A DNA stretch of 54,971 bases from Chiloscyllium plagiosum (GCF_004010195.1 NC_057719.1:20546731-20601701), one strand, 5' to 3'; positions 1 to 12,516 are shown, counted from the stretch's first letter. Notes: generated from the letters alone by a model not told the origin. Made by a program: numbers and translations.

Positions 1-645
1 CACAAAGGAACAGAAATGGTTCCCAGAAGGAAATCACAATCAGTTAGGTGTTCAGGGAGCTTTATGGAATTTTCAACTCAACAAGGAAGAGTGTGTGTAC
101 AGTCTGCATTTTATGGAAGAGATGCTTGTTGAAATCTGCTGCCTGTTGAAGTGAGACTCTTCATGTTGAGGTCTGTCAACGCTGAATTTGATACCTCTCA
201 CATTTTCCATTTTCCGATCCAGAGGTCATTGCTTGCCCAGCACAGCAGAAGAGGGACATGGCATTGCATTCTCTTTCCAGACAAAAATCAAACAGATTGT
301 GCGTGGGGATTTTTTGGGTCAAGTGTGCATTATATTTTGCATAATGTTCATAGTTGATTTAATCTATTCTTTAAAATAGAGGGATTCAAATTGAGGGATT
401 AATATGTGGTTCAGTCTAACAGATTTCAATGCATTTTTGAATACTGAAACCATTAATAACTGGACTGCTTTCAGCCAATGATCTGAACTGGCTCTTCCAA
501 AGTCTCTCATGAAAAGCCTGATTCTGTGATGACTCAGAACAGGCTATTTTGTCCCTTTTAATTTTCTGACATGGGGGATTTTTGGACAGATTCCACTTTC
601 TCTCCTGCAGACACACATGATGGGGATGTATCAGATTTTGCTGAA

Positions 646-734
646 GCTCCTCAGATGCTGCCTGAACTGCTGTGCTCTTCCAGCACCATTGATCCAGAAT
701 CTGGTTTCCAGCATCTGCAGTCATTGTTTTTACC
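646..734 (+). mobile_element. Penelope-like pLTR 3' tail fragment (family A, no ribozyme part)
   Basis: GATGCTGCCTGAACTGCTGTGCTCTTCCAGCACC...CCAGCATCTGCAGTCATTGTTTTTACC, near-identical to 1632-1712. Confidence 0.8.
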
Positions 735-1263
735 ATGTATCAGACACCAGTCCATCAGAACAACAGACATCAACAGAACTCACCCTCAGTGGCAATTGAT
801 TATCTTCCAAGAGACATATATGATGATCTGGGAGAGGACATCCAAACAAGAGGATTTTTCTTCAGGTTCTTAAGAGGATTTATCTTCATCAATGCAGTCA
901 CATGGCACTGCTGTGTTGTTCTAACATGGATGTTGCTGTTATTCCAGTGCTATGAGTCCACGCTAGGTCTTCAAATGGCCCCATCTTCATGTTTGAGATG
1001 TGGATCCATCTCGGATTTGCAGCCAGCAGGTGCAGGGGGGTCTACGCCACCAGATGTGGACAGGTAATGTGAATTAAATAATCTTCACAAATTCATATAG
1101 ATTCAGTTTTTAAGGGAGAAGATGAGATTGAATGGCCTTTCCATGTAAGCTGGTAAATGATTAATCAAAGTTGCAGGGTGCTTAACAGTGCAACAATTTA
1201 CTATGCCCTATTATAATGGGGAAACTAAAGCCAATGTCACCAACACTATCACAAAATAATTAG

Positions 1264-1440
1264 CATTGCTGAAGGGATTAAGTTTAAAAGCAAGGAGATT
1301 ATGCTGCAGCTTTATAGGGTGCTGGTGAGGCCACCTGGGGTACTGCATACAGTTTTGGTCTCCTTACTTGAGGAAAGATGTACTGGCACTGGTGGGGGTG
1401 CAGAGGAAGTTCACTAGGTTGATTCTGGAGTTGAGGGGGT
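1264..1440 (+). mobile_element. CR1 LINE ORF2 fragment (within left inverted arm)
   Basis: Encodes MLQLYRVLVRP...RKDVLALVGVQRKFTRLILEL, a CR1 ORF2 C-terminal motif. Confidence 0.85.
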
Positions 1441-1484
1441 AACAGTATATAAGAACATAAGAACTAGGAGCATGAGTAGGCCAT

Positions 1485-1713
1485 TCTGGATCAGTGGTGC
1501 TGGAAGAGCACAGCAATTCAGGCAGCATCCGAGGACAGGCAAAATCGACGTTTCGGGCAAAAGCCCTTCATCAGGAATATTTATTCCTGATGAAGGGCTT
1601 TTGCCCGAAACGTCGATTTTGCCTGTCCTCGGATGCTGCCTGAATTGCTGTGCTCTTCCAGCACCACTGATCCAGAATCTGATTTCCAGCATCTGCAGTC
1701 ATTGTTTTTACCT
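1485..1713 (+). mobile_element. PLE-derived hairpin mini-element (perfect 97-bp arms 1483-1579/1582-1678 plus ~35-nt tail)
   Basis: Perfect palindrome with 2-nt loop; 15-bp TSD GCATGAGTAGGCCAT at 1470-1484 and 1714-1728; arm sequence resembles the 3' end of the RT-bearing element at 25556-27055. Confidence 0.9.
1583..1618 (+). ncRNA. Minimal type-I hammerhead ribozyme motif (mirror copy on - strand at 1543-1578)
   Basis: attc CUGAUGA A GGGC-uuuu-GCCC GAAAC GUC gauu. Confidence 0.8.
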
Positions 1714-2425
1714 GCATGAGTAGGCCATCTGGTCCTTCGAGCCTGCACCGCCATTCAATAAGATCGTGGCTGATCTTTTTGTGGCCTAAGCTCCACTTAA
1801 CCACCATCTCACTGTAATCCTTAATTCCTTTACTGTTCATAACATTATCTATCTTAGCTTTAAAAGTATTCAATGAGGAAGCCTCAACTACTTCACTGGG
1901 CAGGGAATTCCACAGATTCACACCCCTCGGAGCGAAGATGTTCCTTCTCATTTCGTCCTAAATCTGCTCTGCCTAATTTTGAGGTTATACCCTTTTGTCC
2001 TAGTTTTACCTAGCAGTGGAAACATCTTCTCTACTTCTATCTCATCAATTCCCTTTATAATTTTATATGTTTCTATAAGATTCCTCCTCATTCTTCTAAA
2101 TTCCAATGAATATAATCCCAGTCTACTCAGTCTATCCTCATAAACAAACCCCCTCAACTCCAGAATCAACCTAGTGAACTTCCTCTGCACCCCCACCAGT
2201 GCCAGTACATCTTTCCTCAAGTAAGGAGACCAAAACTGTATGCAGTACCCCAGGTGGCCTCACCAGCACCCTATAAAGCTGCAGCATAATCTCTCTGCTT
2301 TTAAACTTAATCCCTTCAGCAATGCTAATTATTCTGTGATAGTGTTGGTGACATTGGCTTTAGTTTCCCCATTATAATAGGGCATAGTAAATTGTTGCAC
2401 TGTTTAGCACCCTGCAACTTTGATT

Positions 2426-2785
2426 AATCATGAGGGGCATGTACAGGGTAAATAGACAAGGTCTTTTCCCTGGGTTGGGGGAGTCCAGAACTAGAGGGCA
2501 TAGGTTTAGGGTGAGAGGGGAAAGATTTAAAAGGAACCTAAGGCGCAACTTTTTTATGCAGAGAATGGTGCATGTATGGAATGAGCTGCCAGAGGAAGTG
2601 GTGGAAGCTGGGATAATGACAACATTTAAAAGGTATCTAGATGGTATATGAATAGGATGGGCTTATAGGGATATGGGCCAAGTGCTTACAAATGGGACTA
2701 GATTGATTTGGGAAATCTGGTCGGTGTGGATGAGTCGGATTGAAGGATCTGTTTCCAAACTGTACATCTCTATGACTTTACTATG
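2426..2785 (+). mobile_element. CR1 LINE 3' fragment
   Basis: MRGMYRVNRQGLFPGLGESRTRGHRF...VWNELPEEVVEAG; CTATGACT tail. Confidence 0.9.
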
Positions 2786-3444
2786 CCAGGATGTAAAACA
2801 AATGCCAATTCACTAACTCCCATTGTGTCCCATTGTTAAGGTCCAGTTTTTCTTTCAACATATTTTTAATGAATTGATCTTTGTAGAAAAGGTTGGTAGA
2901 AAATTTGTCTGATGTGCTTGGCATCTTCACAGTGACCCTGAGAGCAATCCAAATATCTCAACAGGATGTAGATGTCTCTCATATTCATTAACATGTTATC
3001 ATAGGTAGCATGCCACAGCTAATGATAGTGTCTGAATAGACATCTTGTAGAAAGGCAGTAAAGAGCTGAAAAGAAAAGTCTCAATTCACCCAAAGGACCC
3101 GAAGACCTTTAATTGTTATTTCATGAAAACTAAAGCTCTTCTTATTTATTCTATTTGGCAAACAGTAAATTAGCTGCAGACGTTCAGGAAAGAAAGGAAT
3201 AGCAACTGCAATAACACAGTTACAAGCTGTGCAGGACTGTAAGCAGAATTAGCTCACAGTGTGTGAAGGCTGCTTCACATTATGAACTAAAAATTGTAAA
3301 AAAAAGCTTGTCAAAATTGAATCCAAGCTGTTGCTTTTATCTGATACTGAACTGATTGAGAGACAGAATTTCTCCATGGTCACTGTCAGATTCTCAGAGC
3401 TCATGGTATACTCCAGGCAATTACAAATATTGCTGGTGTTGCAA

Positions 3445-3686
3445 TAGAGTCATAGAGTCATAGAAATGTACAGCATGGAAACAGACCGTTCGGTCCAACC
3501 CGTCCATGCCGACCAGATGTCCCAACCCAATCTAGTCCCACCTGCCAGCACCCGGCCCATATCCCTCCAAACCCTTCCTATTCATACACCCATCCAAATG
3601 CCTCTTAAATGTTGCAATTGTACCAGCCTCCACCACATCCTCTGGCAGCTCATTCCATACACATACCACCCTCTGCGTGAAAAAGT
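3445..3686 (-). mobile_element. CR1 LINE 3' end (young)
   Basis: (ATAGAGTC)n tail complement followed by the reverse complement of the CR1 3' UTR seen at 2560-2780. Confidence 0.9.
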
Positions 3687-4124
3687 TTAGAATTACAAAA
3701 TGTTAAACTGAAAGCAAGTCCTGCACTTTATTTAAATCAAATGACAGGTAACTGTTCAGCTCTGCTACAGATTATGCAAACATCAGTTGGCCAACTTTTT
3801 TCCTCTTCGACTGTAATAGAGCAGGAGTTTTGGTTGCTGTTCCAATTTTCAGTTGTAATTGCTTTGCTTTTGAATGGGAAGGTATCTTGCATTAGACCAA
3901 GAGCAACAAGAAAGAAATGCAGACTAATTAGCTTAATAACTTAAATATTTTCAATTGCTTTGGAATTGTTTTGTTGGTGGAATGCTCCTTTAAGGGTTGT
4001 CAGCTAAATTTTGTTTAATGTAGTCAATTTGATGTCATGGTTACTGAATTGACTACAAAGAGGTATCTATCTTTGAAGGGATTGATCTTTAGTTATTCAG
4101 TTTTATATTATTTGGCATTACCTC

Positions 4125-4910
4125 CCTTTTCTTAAACTCTATGTCTTCACTAATAAAGACTAGTATCTCATATGATTTCTTTACCACACCATCTACCTGT
4201 CTTGCTACCTTAACAGACTGGTTGGCATGCACACAGAGGTCCCTCTTATCCTTGAGCTTTCCAGAGTTCGACTGTCCGTCAGGTATTCTCTTGCCTTGTT
4301 TGATTTGCCCAAGTGCATCACCTCACACTTATCTGGATTGAATCCCATTTGCCACTGATCAACCCATCTGACCAGCCCATCTACAGCCTCTTGTAGTCTA
4401 TGGTTATCCTTCTCACTATTTATCACCCGACCAAATGTTTTGTATCATCTGCAAATTCTCCTACATTCAAGTCTAAATCATTTATACAAATTTTCTTAAT
4501 CTCTCTATATCTGTCAGTAGGCTCTGCGTCATCTTCAACACTCACCTTGCCATCTATTTTCTGTCATCCACAAACTTATCTATAGTACGTTCATTTTCCT
4601 CATAGAGTTTACAGTATATTACAGTATATTTGATCCCTGTGGCACTCCACTCAATACAGGTAACAACCCTGAAAATGCGATCACCCGATCACCCCTTCTG
4701 CCAGGCCCCTCTAACCTCGTTCCAACTCTCTGTGTCTCTGTCTTCTAGTAGTTGGCAAATCTTTGATCCAAGCTATTACCTCCATAGGTGGTTGTCTTAC
4801 TAAATCTCTTCTACCTTACTAATGTGCCATTCTTTAACAAACACCTTCGGAAGATCCAACTACATAATATCTACAGCTTCCCCTTTATCTATCCTTGTTA
4901 CCTTCTCATT
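4125..4910 (-). mobile_element. Degraded CR1 RT fragments (two pieces, ~4125-4480 and ~4490-4910)
   Basis: LVRWVDQWQMGFNPDKCEVMHLG and VTRIDKGEAVDIM on the minus strand. Confidence 0.75.
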
Positions 4911-5049
4911 TAACACAAGCATGCCAGTGGAAGTCCATCTGGGAAGGATTTCAATGTGACTGCGGCTGAACAGGAGGTTCGTTGAATTTGCACAAAACCA
5001 AATGTTCTGAAGCCACAGGTTAGCTGCAGGTGAAATTCTGACTCTCTTC

Positions 5050-5280
5050 ATCAAAACTTTCTTCACTGAGAAAATCAGAATGTGGAGCTTGCTGTCTCAA
5101 ATCATAGTTGAAATGATTGGCAGATATAGATTTAAAGGAGAGTGAAATGACTGCAGGTACTATTGAATAAAAGGAATGCAGAGAGGGTTAGATGCAGGAG
5201 GGTGTGCATAAACATAGATATAGATCAGTGTTACTGAAAGGCCTACTTTTGAGTTGTAAATTCTACATCATTCTATATGA
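5050..5280 (+). mobile_element. Old CR1 3' end remnant
   Basis: TTCTTCACTGAGA...AATGTGGAGCTTGCTG...GAAAGGCCT...TTCTA tail pattern. Confidence 0.45.
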
Positions 5281-5839
5281 AAAGCATTGAACTGCTTTGG
5301 TTTTTATTGTGTTTTTCTATTTACTGTACAAATTGATCTCTGATGTAAAATGCTGTTACATGGTAAGTATGGTTGTTTAAAGCATGAGTAGAGAGTTAAC
5401 ATGTAAAAGGGATGTGAAGAAAATGAGGCATTCACTCCCCAAATAGTCACAAATAGATGCCATATAATAAAGACAGTATAGAAATGATGCACTGATTACA
5501 CTAACACTTAAAATAAGTGCGGAATTGAGCCGCAGGTGTTAGACATGCAATTTTATTTGCACATAAGGATGGTGTTTCCTTTAATCTAATGTAACTTTGC
5601 ATGCTGGAAAAAAAACACTGTTAGTGAAAATTGCTTTTTGTTTTATGGGCAACAGTTGTATACAATTTCTTTTTGGCATGATTCATATGAGTGGCAATGA
5701 ATAAAGGCCTTTGCACCTCTTTTTGAAGAATAGTATACAAATTGATCTACTATCCATCAGGAATGAACAAAAAGAGGACCATCACTCTAATACTAAATTG
5801 CTGAAATTCTATTCAGCAAATACTCATAAAAAACAGATG

Positions 5840-6080
5840 TAGGGAGGCACAGTTGGGTAGATGGCTAGCTTTTTGTCTGGAATAATTTCAATGACGTGAG
5901 TTTGATTCCTGTTTCTGCTGAGCTAGACTTGGGGCTTATCTCCTCCCTCCAGCTCTGAGGGTGGAAGGCAATGATGAATATCCACTTACAAAAACTGCCA
6001 AGGAAACAGGTCAGGGGTAGCACCAACAGTCAAGGGACCCAGCATTTGTCTTCAGGCAGATTGCACATGACATTATGATA
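5840..6080 (+). mobile_element. Degraded tRNA-derived SINE-like element
   Basis: A/B-box-like head (B-box-like GAGTTTGATTCC) followed by a GGAAGGCAATG...CCAC...AAAAACTGCCAAG body; family recognised from memory only. Confidence 0.4.
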
Positions 6081-6454
6081 ACGTGACCAAGTGAATAGTT
6101 GAAGAGTGATATTGAAGGGTTGTCATCTGCAGACCACTCAAATACCTACAACTAGAAATGAGTTACAAAATGTCTGAGGTATTGTTTTATATTTTAGGGA
6201 GAGATATTAAGATAGAAAAAGGCCTAAATCTTCACACCACCAGAAGCAGGACAAATCATAAGTACACTTAATTATTTATTCAGAATGTGGATGTCTGATA
6301 AAGCACATTTTCAGGCATTCAATCCAAACAGATCCAGTATGAAATATGTAATGAATGGTTTGTGAAAAATAACTCTCTAAATCTAGAGACAATTGGTGGT
6401 TGTTTAGTCTGAGTGTCAACTAAACCAACTGACCATTCCCCCCTTCCCATACCC

Positions 6455-6565
6455 AACCAGATTACTGAGGAGAATTCACCTTGATCTTCCTCAAAATAGT
6501 GCTGGGTGTCTTTTACAGAACATAGATGGGACTTATTGTGGCATCTGCGTGAAAATGATGTCATG
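6455..6565 (-). mobile_element. Deu-domain SINE remnant (SacSINE1/AmnSINE1-like)
   Basis: GGAGAATTCACCTTGATCTTCCTCAAAATAGTGCTGGGTGTCTTTTAC resembles the reverse complement of the Deu core. Confidence 0.5.
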
Positions 6566-8318
6566 CAGATTTTGATCCGCATTAAGTTTTTGATTTGAAC
6601 TCTTGAGGCATTTTCATCAAATTGGTTAACACTTCACTTCAGCAAGCAAAGGAACTGCATACAAATTAATTAAACCTTCTTCCTGTTTTGTTCACACAGC
6701 ATAATTTCAAGGCCAGTGGAATTTATGTCATTTATCTTTAAGGAAAGGCTGTAAATAACATGTGTTCAATCAGAGATTGTTATACACTAATACGCTGAAT
6801 GCTTCTGCCAGGCAGGTAATGCAGTTACAGAATGTTACATCAGCTTTTGGACTTCTTTGCATGGAAAGCAGTGACTGCAAATTGTCAAGACGCAGAATAT
6901 TTACCCAAATCATGAACTTGCAAAGGCTATAACAAGCATCTGATAACCCTGTTTTCAAGAAAACTGTGTAAATGATTTTTTGAAATGTATTTTCTTTGAA
7001 ATACTAATTTCTCACTGATATTAATTTTAATTCTCTGCACATTTTACTTGAAACTTCCACCAACCCCCAAAATACCAAAACCATCTTTGAAGTTAAATTT
7101 CATAGCGTCCTCTCCAACGTTTACTTTAGCACCAAAACATTAACATTTCAGTCAGGGCATAGGAATGAGCATCAGGCGTCTTCTTCACATCTCTGCGAGC
7201 AAACAGGTTTGCAGAACGGGAAGACTTTTTTTACAGTCCAACCATCTTTAATCAATAGATCTGAAGAACTTCCTTTCTATTTGATCAATACAGGGAGACT
7301 ACTGCTTGTGATATAGAATGTATAACCGAACAGTGAATTTTGTTCTCATGGGAATCACTCATTGGGTGGGAGATGGAAGGTGTTTGTATGCCTGCTGTAT
7401 ACATCTGTGGAGTTTGATAATATCAGTCTGGCTCTTTTTCACATAAATGTAACTTGTTCTCCCTTATCAAACTAGGCCTTCATTGCTACCAAAACACTGC
7501 ATGCTCAAGTCTGTTATCTGTATGTATACAGAAGTTGATAGACACACAGAACAAGGTATACAGAATAAGATTTGAAAGAATTGTCAGCTACAGGCCTGAA
7601 AGGTAGCTTATTTATCTTCCGATTACACATGATTGGCTCGAAGTTGGAAAGGGCAGTTCAGTCACAATATTTTGCCAATGCCACAAAACGTCAAGAGTGA
7701 AACTTCAGTGATTTATGAGTGTCATAAGACTTACAAAATTGGCTTAAACTTATTGTCAGAGTGTCATTGAAATATATTGAATAATGTTGATTTGTAGTCA
7801 CAGCAACAACATTAAAACATTTCTTATTCCCATCTGGTTACCAAGCAGAGGATGGAGACAATGAAGCACAAACACTTTACAGAACTGGTCAGTCTCTGAA
7901 ACTGAAAGGTGGATATTTAAAAGATAATTGAGATAATTGAGAAGTAAATCCGCACCACATTAACTTTGCAACATATACATTATAAAGTATGGTTCAGAAA
8001 GGAGCCCTCAGAATACATATGTTTACCTGTCGAAGAGGTGGATTATTTAGAAATAGAAATTATTTTAAAGCAATCAAGACAGACAGATACTCTGAGAAGA
8101 GGTGGTGGCCTGGGAGTTACAGACAGCAATACTATCATAAAAATTCTGAAAACAATCAAATCAAATTGCTATGCCTGACCTTGTTTTTCTTTTCTTGCCT
8201 ATCTGTTGAATACATACAGGGCAAAATGTTTACGACAAGTATGTGGCTTGCCTTGGATATTCTCTTTGGTAAAATGGTGCCAGATGTCTCTGTACTCAGT
8301 CAGAAGGTCCTGCATTTA

Positions 8319-8654
8319 AGAATTATAGAATCCCTACAATATGGAATCAGGCCACACCAACCTTCAGAAGAACATCTCAACCAAAACCACGTCCCTTCCC
8401 TATCCCTGTAACCTGCACCTCCTATGGCCAATCCACTTAGCCTGCTCACCCCTGGACACTATGGACAATCTATGTAATCTGGACTGTGGGACTTTCCTCC
8501 CACCTTTGGACTGTGGGAGGAAAATGGAGTACCTGGAGAAAATCCATGCAGACACAGGAAAAATGTGCAAACTCCACACAGACAGTCATCCAAGGCTGGA
8601 ATCAGACTTGAGTCCCTGGAGCTCTGATGCAGAAGTGCTAGCCACTGAGCCATC
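8319..8654 (-). mobile_element. HE1-like V-SINE (older copy)
   Basis: GGACTGTGGGAGGAAA...TGTGCAAACTCCACACAGACAGTC V-domain complement, tRNA-like head, CR1-like tail; small internal duplication of GGACTGTGGGA. Confidence 0.88.
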
Positions 8655-8694
8655 ATATATCTGTGAATTACCAAACGTCTAACTGTACTTTTAA

Positions 8695-8870
8695 AAAAAA
8701 AAGTCCATGGAATATGGCTGTCGCTCAGTCTGCCAGCTTTAATACACATCCTGAAGTGAACTTGAGAACGTAGTTGTGAGTCTCCTTGATCTGCTGCAGT
8801 CCATGTCAGGTAAGGTAAACCAACAATGTTATGAGTACTGACTGGTAATGTCAGTCGGAGATGTCCCTTT
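8695..8870 (-). mobile_element. Degraded L2/CR1-clade LINE 3' tail
   Basis: Weak reverse-complement similarity to 11930-12060. Confidence 0.45.
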
Positions 8871-9006
8871 GTTCTTGATGATTTTTTCCAAATGCAACTC
8901 ATCTACAATCTCTTGGAAAGATGGTTTCAGCCTGCATGATAATATGAACTCCCAATGGAGTATAAGCCATTTTCAAGAATTAACACATCCCAGTGGCTTT
9001 TTATCA

Positions 9007-9668
9007 ATTGGGCCAATGGCCCAAGGCATGGCAGATGGAGCTTAATTTAGATACTTGTGAGACATTGCATTTTGGTAAGACAAACTAGGGCAGGAATTAC
9101 ACAGTTAATGGTGAGGCCCTCATGTGTTTTGTCTAACAAAGAAACATAGGGGTGCATGTTCAGTGTTCCTTGAAAATATTGTCACAGGTAGAAAGGGTGG
9201 TGAAGAAGGCATGTGGCATGATTGCCTTCATTGGTCAGAGATTGAGGACAGAAGTTGAGACATCATTTTATGGCTGTACAAGACATTGGTAAGATCACAT
9301 TTGGGATATAGCATACAATTCTGGTTGCCCTGCTATAGAAAGGATGTTATTAAACTGGAAAGGGTGCAAAATAGATTTAAAAGGATATTGCAGAGTCTGG
9401 ACGAGTTGAGTTATAAGGAATGGCTGCATAGGCTGGGACTTTTCTCCCTGGAGTGTAGAAGGCTGAGGGATGACTTTATAGAGATTTATAAAATCATGAG
9501 GGTCAGAGATAAGATGAATAGCCAAATTCTTTTCCCCAGGGTGGGGGTGTCCAAAACTAGAGGTGATTGGTTTAAGGTGAGAACAGAAAGATTTAAAAGG
9601 GACCTGAGGGGCAACGATTTTGCACAGAAAGTGGTTCATATGTGAAATGAGCTGCCAGAGTAAATGGT
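9007..9668 (+). mobile_element. CR1 ORF2 C-terminal fragment
   Basis: VRSHLGYSIQFWLPCYRKDVIKLERVQNRF...LGLFSLECRRLR. Confidence 0.92.
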
Positions 9669-10080
9669 AGAACATAGAACATAGAACAGGATAGAAGTAC
9701 AGGCCCTTCGGCCCTTGATGTTGCGCTCATCTTCATCTTCTCTAAGATCAAACTAACCTTCATTTTACTATCATTATTGTGCCTATCCAAGAGTCTCTTA
9801 AATATCTGGAATGTATCTGACTCTACTACCACCATTGGCAGTGCATTCCACGCACCCACCATTCTGTGTAAAGAACCTACCTCTGAAATCTCTCCAAACC
9901 TTCTTCCAATCACCTTAAAATTATGCCCTTAGGTGATAGCCATTTCTGCCATGGGAAAAAATCTCTGACTATCCATTATGTCTATGCCTCTCAACATCTT
10001 GTACACCTCTATCAAGTCACCTCTCACCCTTCTTCACTCCAATGGGAAAAGCCTTAGCTCCTTCAACCTTTCTTCATAAG
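9668..10080 (-). mobile_element. CR1 3' fragment, tail-to-tail with the previous copy
   Basis: (TAGAACA)3 tail; MVGAWNALPMVVVESDTFQIFKRLLD. Confidence 0.9.
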
Positions 10081-11659
10081 TCCCAAGTCTACCTCAGCAG
10101 GAACTGGAATCAAACCCACATCAGCTCATCACTCTGAGGAAAGCAATCCCTTTCAATGCACAGCCAATCACCACAGCACCTCACTTTCTCTACCACTGCA
10201 AACCACAATGACGTTGTCCACCTACAAATCACTTGTGACTATCAATACAACACCAACCAAAGGTCGGTCCTTCTCTTGAGCAGCAAACATGACAACTTCA
10301 TTTCAGGACAGTTTCGGTACCTGGACTACTAAAGCCCCAAAGATAAGTGCAAGACTAACTGCTCCAAGAACTAAGCTATTCTCTTGATCTATGTATTTTT
10401 TTAAAATATCTGAGCTCATCCTTATGTTACAAGGAGACAAATGCAGACTCCGGCTTTATCATAATGGATATCTTGAAGTAGTGCAAATAAAGTGATCAAT
10501 TTAATGAAAACATTGTGCTAATTAATACAAACTTTGAAAACAAAATGCAGCAATTGAATAAATGCCAAAAAACTAAAGAGTAAACATTGTAGAAAAGAGC
10601 AATAATTTTCGAGACATTGCAGGCCTTGCAGCTGGAGGAGAGCCAACAACCTCCATGACAAACGTAACCTCTAAGAACTGTAAGAACTTGTGAAAAAGAG
10701 AGTGTAAGCAAAGTTACACTGAGACAATAAGACAGTGTAAGTAAAGTTGTTTTTGTGGGTTTACAATGGACAATGAAAGCTTGTTGACAAAGATAGACTA
10801 GAAGTTTGAAAAGCCAACATTCATATATTCTCAGAGAGAACAGCCACCTGACGACATGAGAAACAGAGATAAAAGATATCTTAATGAACTTATACTGCAT
10901 TGTGATGATAGTTTTCCTTATATCTTATTCATTTGAATAAGTAAAAGGGTTTTTCGGTGAATTTAAACATTATACTTAAACGTAAAACAGCTGACATGCA
11001 TTATCATTGTATTTGATATTCTATGATAAAGTTAACTCCTATAAATGTAATTTAGAACTGAGTCTTGAAATAAGTATTGACATGGAATTGTAGAAAAGTT
11101 GTAGTTTCTTAAATCAACCTGTTTTTGACTTATGCATATATTGAGGACAGTTGAGACTTGAACATGGATCTTCCAGCATAGAGGTAAGGACAACACCACT
11201 GCACTGCAAAACTTTCAAGTTGTAGTTGCCTAATTTATCTCCACAGTGACATAACAATATTGTAAAATTCTGAAGTTAGGATGCTAAGTGCTAATATTGG
11301 CAAACTCAAAGAAACGTTGTTCTGGCAGAATGTACGTGTAGGAATACTGTATTTTACTCTGAGATAATTTTGCTGCTTTGAAAACTCCTAGTGGATGTGA
11401 ACATTTCATCACATGATCCAGTCTATAGTAGTTAAAGCTAAATAAGTTCCTTTAGTGATCTGAAGTTTCTCCTAGTTGATGTTTTAAGCTGGCAGGTTTG
11501 ACAGAGGATGTTTACGTTTTGGGGCTCAGAGGTGATCGGGCATTAACAGTAGTATAACTATTATCAGAGCACTTAGATTCTATTCTGGCTTTTGGGGGGA
11601 AGATATCTGTACCAGCTGCTTATATCTTAGTAACCATGTCTGACCAAATGTAATAAAAA

Positions 11660-12066
11660 TGACTGCTATCACCCCAGCTTGATTGACACCACATCCACTC
11701 CTCTCACCACCAACGCTCAGTAGCAGTAGTGTGTACCAACTACAAGACGCACTGCAGGAATTCACCAAAGATCCTTAGACTGCACCTTCCAAATCCATGA
11801 TCACTTATGTCTGGAAGGACAATGGCAGCAGATACATATGAACACTAGCACTTGCATGTTCTCCACCATCCTGCCTTGGGAAATACATCACCATTCTTTC
11901 ACTACTCCTGGGTCAGAATCCTGGAATGTCCTCCCTAATGGCATTGTAGGTCTACCTATGCACATGGACTGCAACATTGCAAGAAAGCAATTCACCACCT
12001 ACTTCTCTCAGGCAATAAATGCTGGCTAGCCGATGATGCCCGTGTCCCATGAGTGAATAAAAAAAA
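11660..12066 (+). mobile_element. L2/CR1-clade LINE 3' end with A-rich tail
   Basis: SFTTPGSESWNVLPNGIVG motif; GGCAATAAATGCTGGC...CCCATGAGTGAATAAAAAAAA terminus; related pieces at 19812-19985 (-) and 36890-37030 (+). Confidence 0.75.
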
Positions 12067-12516
12067 TTGATATTAATACAGTTTACAGCTCTACTGAAAA
12101 AAAAAAATTCTGTATTACAGAAACACAGTTTCAAAGAAAACATAGTTATGTTATTGTGGTACAAAATCTAGCAAGCTTCAAAGACATTCAAATTAAAATA
12201 ACATGGTTGAATAAAAGAAACAAGCTTAAAGAACTGCAGACTTAAACCAGATTTAAAATTGTATGGATTAAAAATATCTTTGCAGTAATAAGATTAATCA
12301 ACATATTGAAAATATAATATGCCTTAGCAGATTCAAGGTCAGCGAACACAGAATTAAAGGTTTTTCATTGCAATGTTGACAGCTCTTAAGATACAGAATT
12401 GGTTCAAAATTAAACAATAAGTGGAGAGTTAGGACACAGTTACTGAGCTACAGAAAAGGAAGAGGTTATGTGTGTAAAAGGCTCAATATGACCATGCAAC
12501 TTCAAATTGAAAAATA

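Larger units (their letters stand above)
1451..2324 (-). mobile_element. 5'-truncated CR1 LINE with 3' UTR/tail, interrupted by a PLE hairpin
   Basis: ORFs 1948-2220 and 1571-1951 (RKDVLAL...LGLYSLEFRRMR; NLWNSLPSEVVEASSLNTFK); tail repeat AAGAACATAAGAAC at 1451. Confidence 0.92.
1157..2431. repeat. 284-bp inverted repeat (arms 1157-1440 and 2148-2431) around a 707-bp spacer
   Basis: Direct reverse-complement comparison shows about 4 mismatches; each arm is ~110 bp non-CR1 flank plus ~175 bp CR1. Confidence 0.95.

Noticed and set aside
1414..1723. Overlapping antisense ORFs with near-identical peptides (also the CCLTCCAFP-type ORFs elsewhere)
   Set aside because: A direct consequence of the DNA palindrome and the repeated pLTR; no evidence of coding.
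10085..11110. Possible LTR-like sequence and the 134-aa hydrophobic ORF at 10496-10900
   Set aside because: No definable termini or TSD; the hydrophobicity is explained by the T-rich minus strand.
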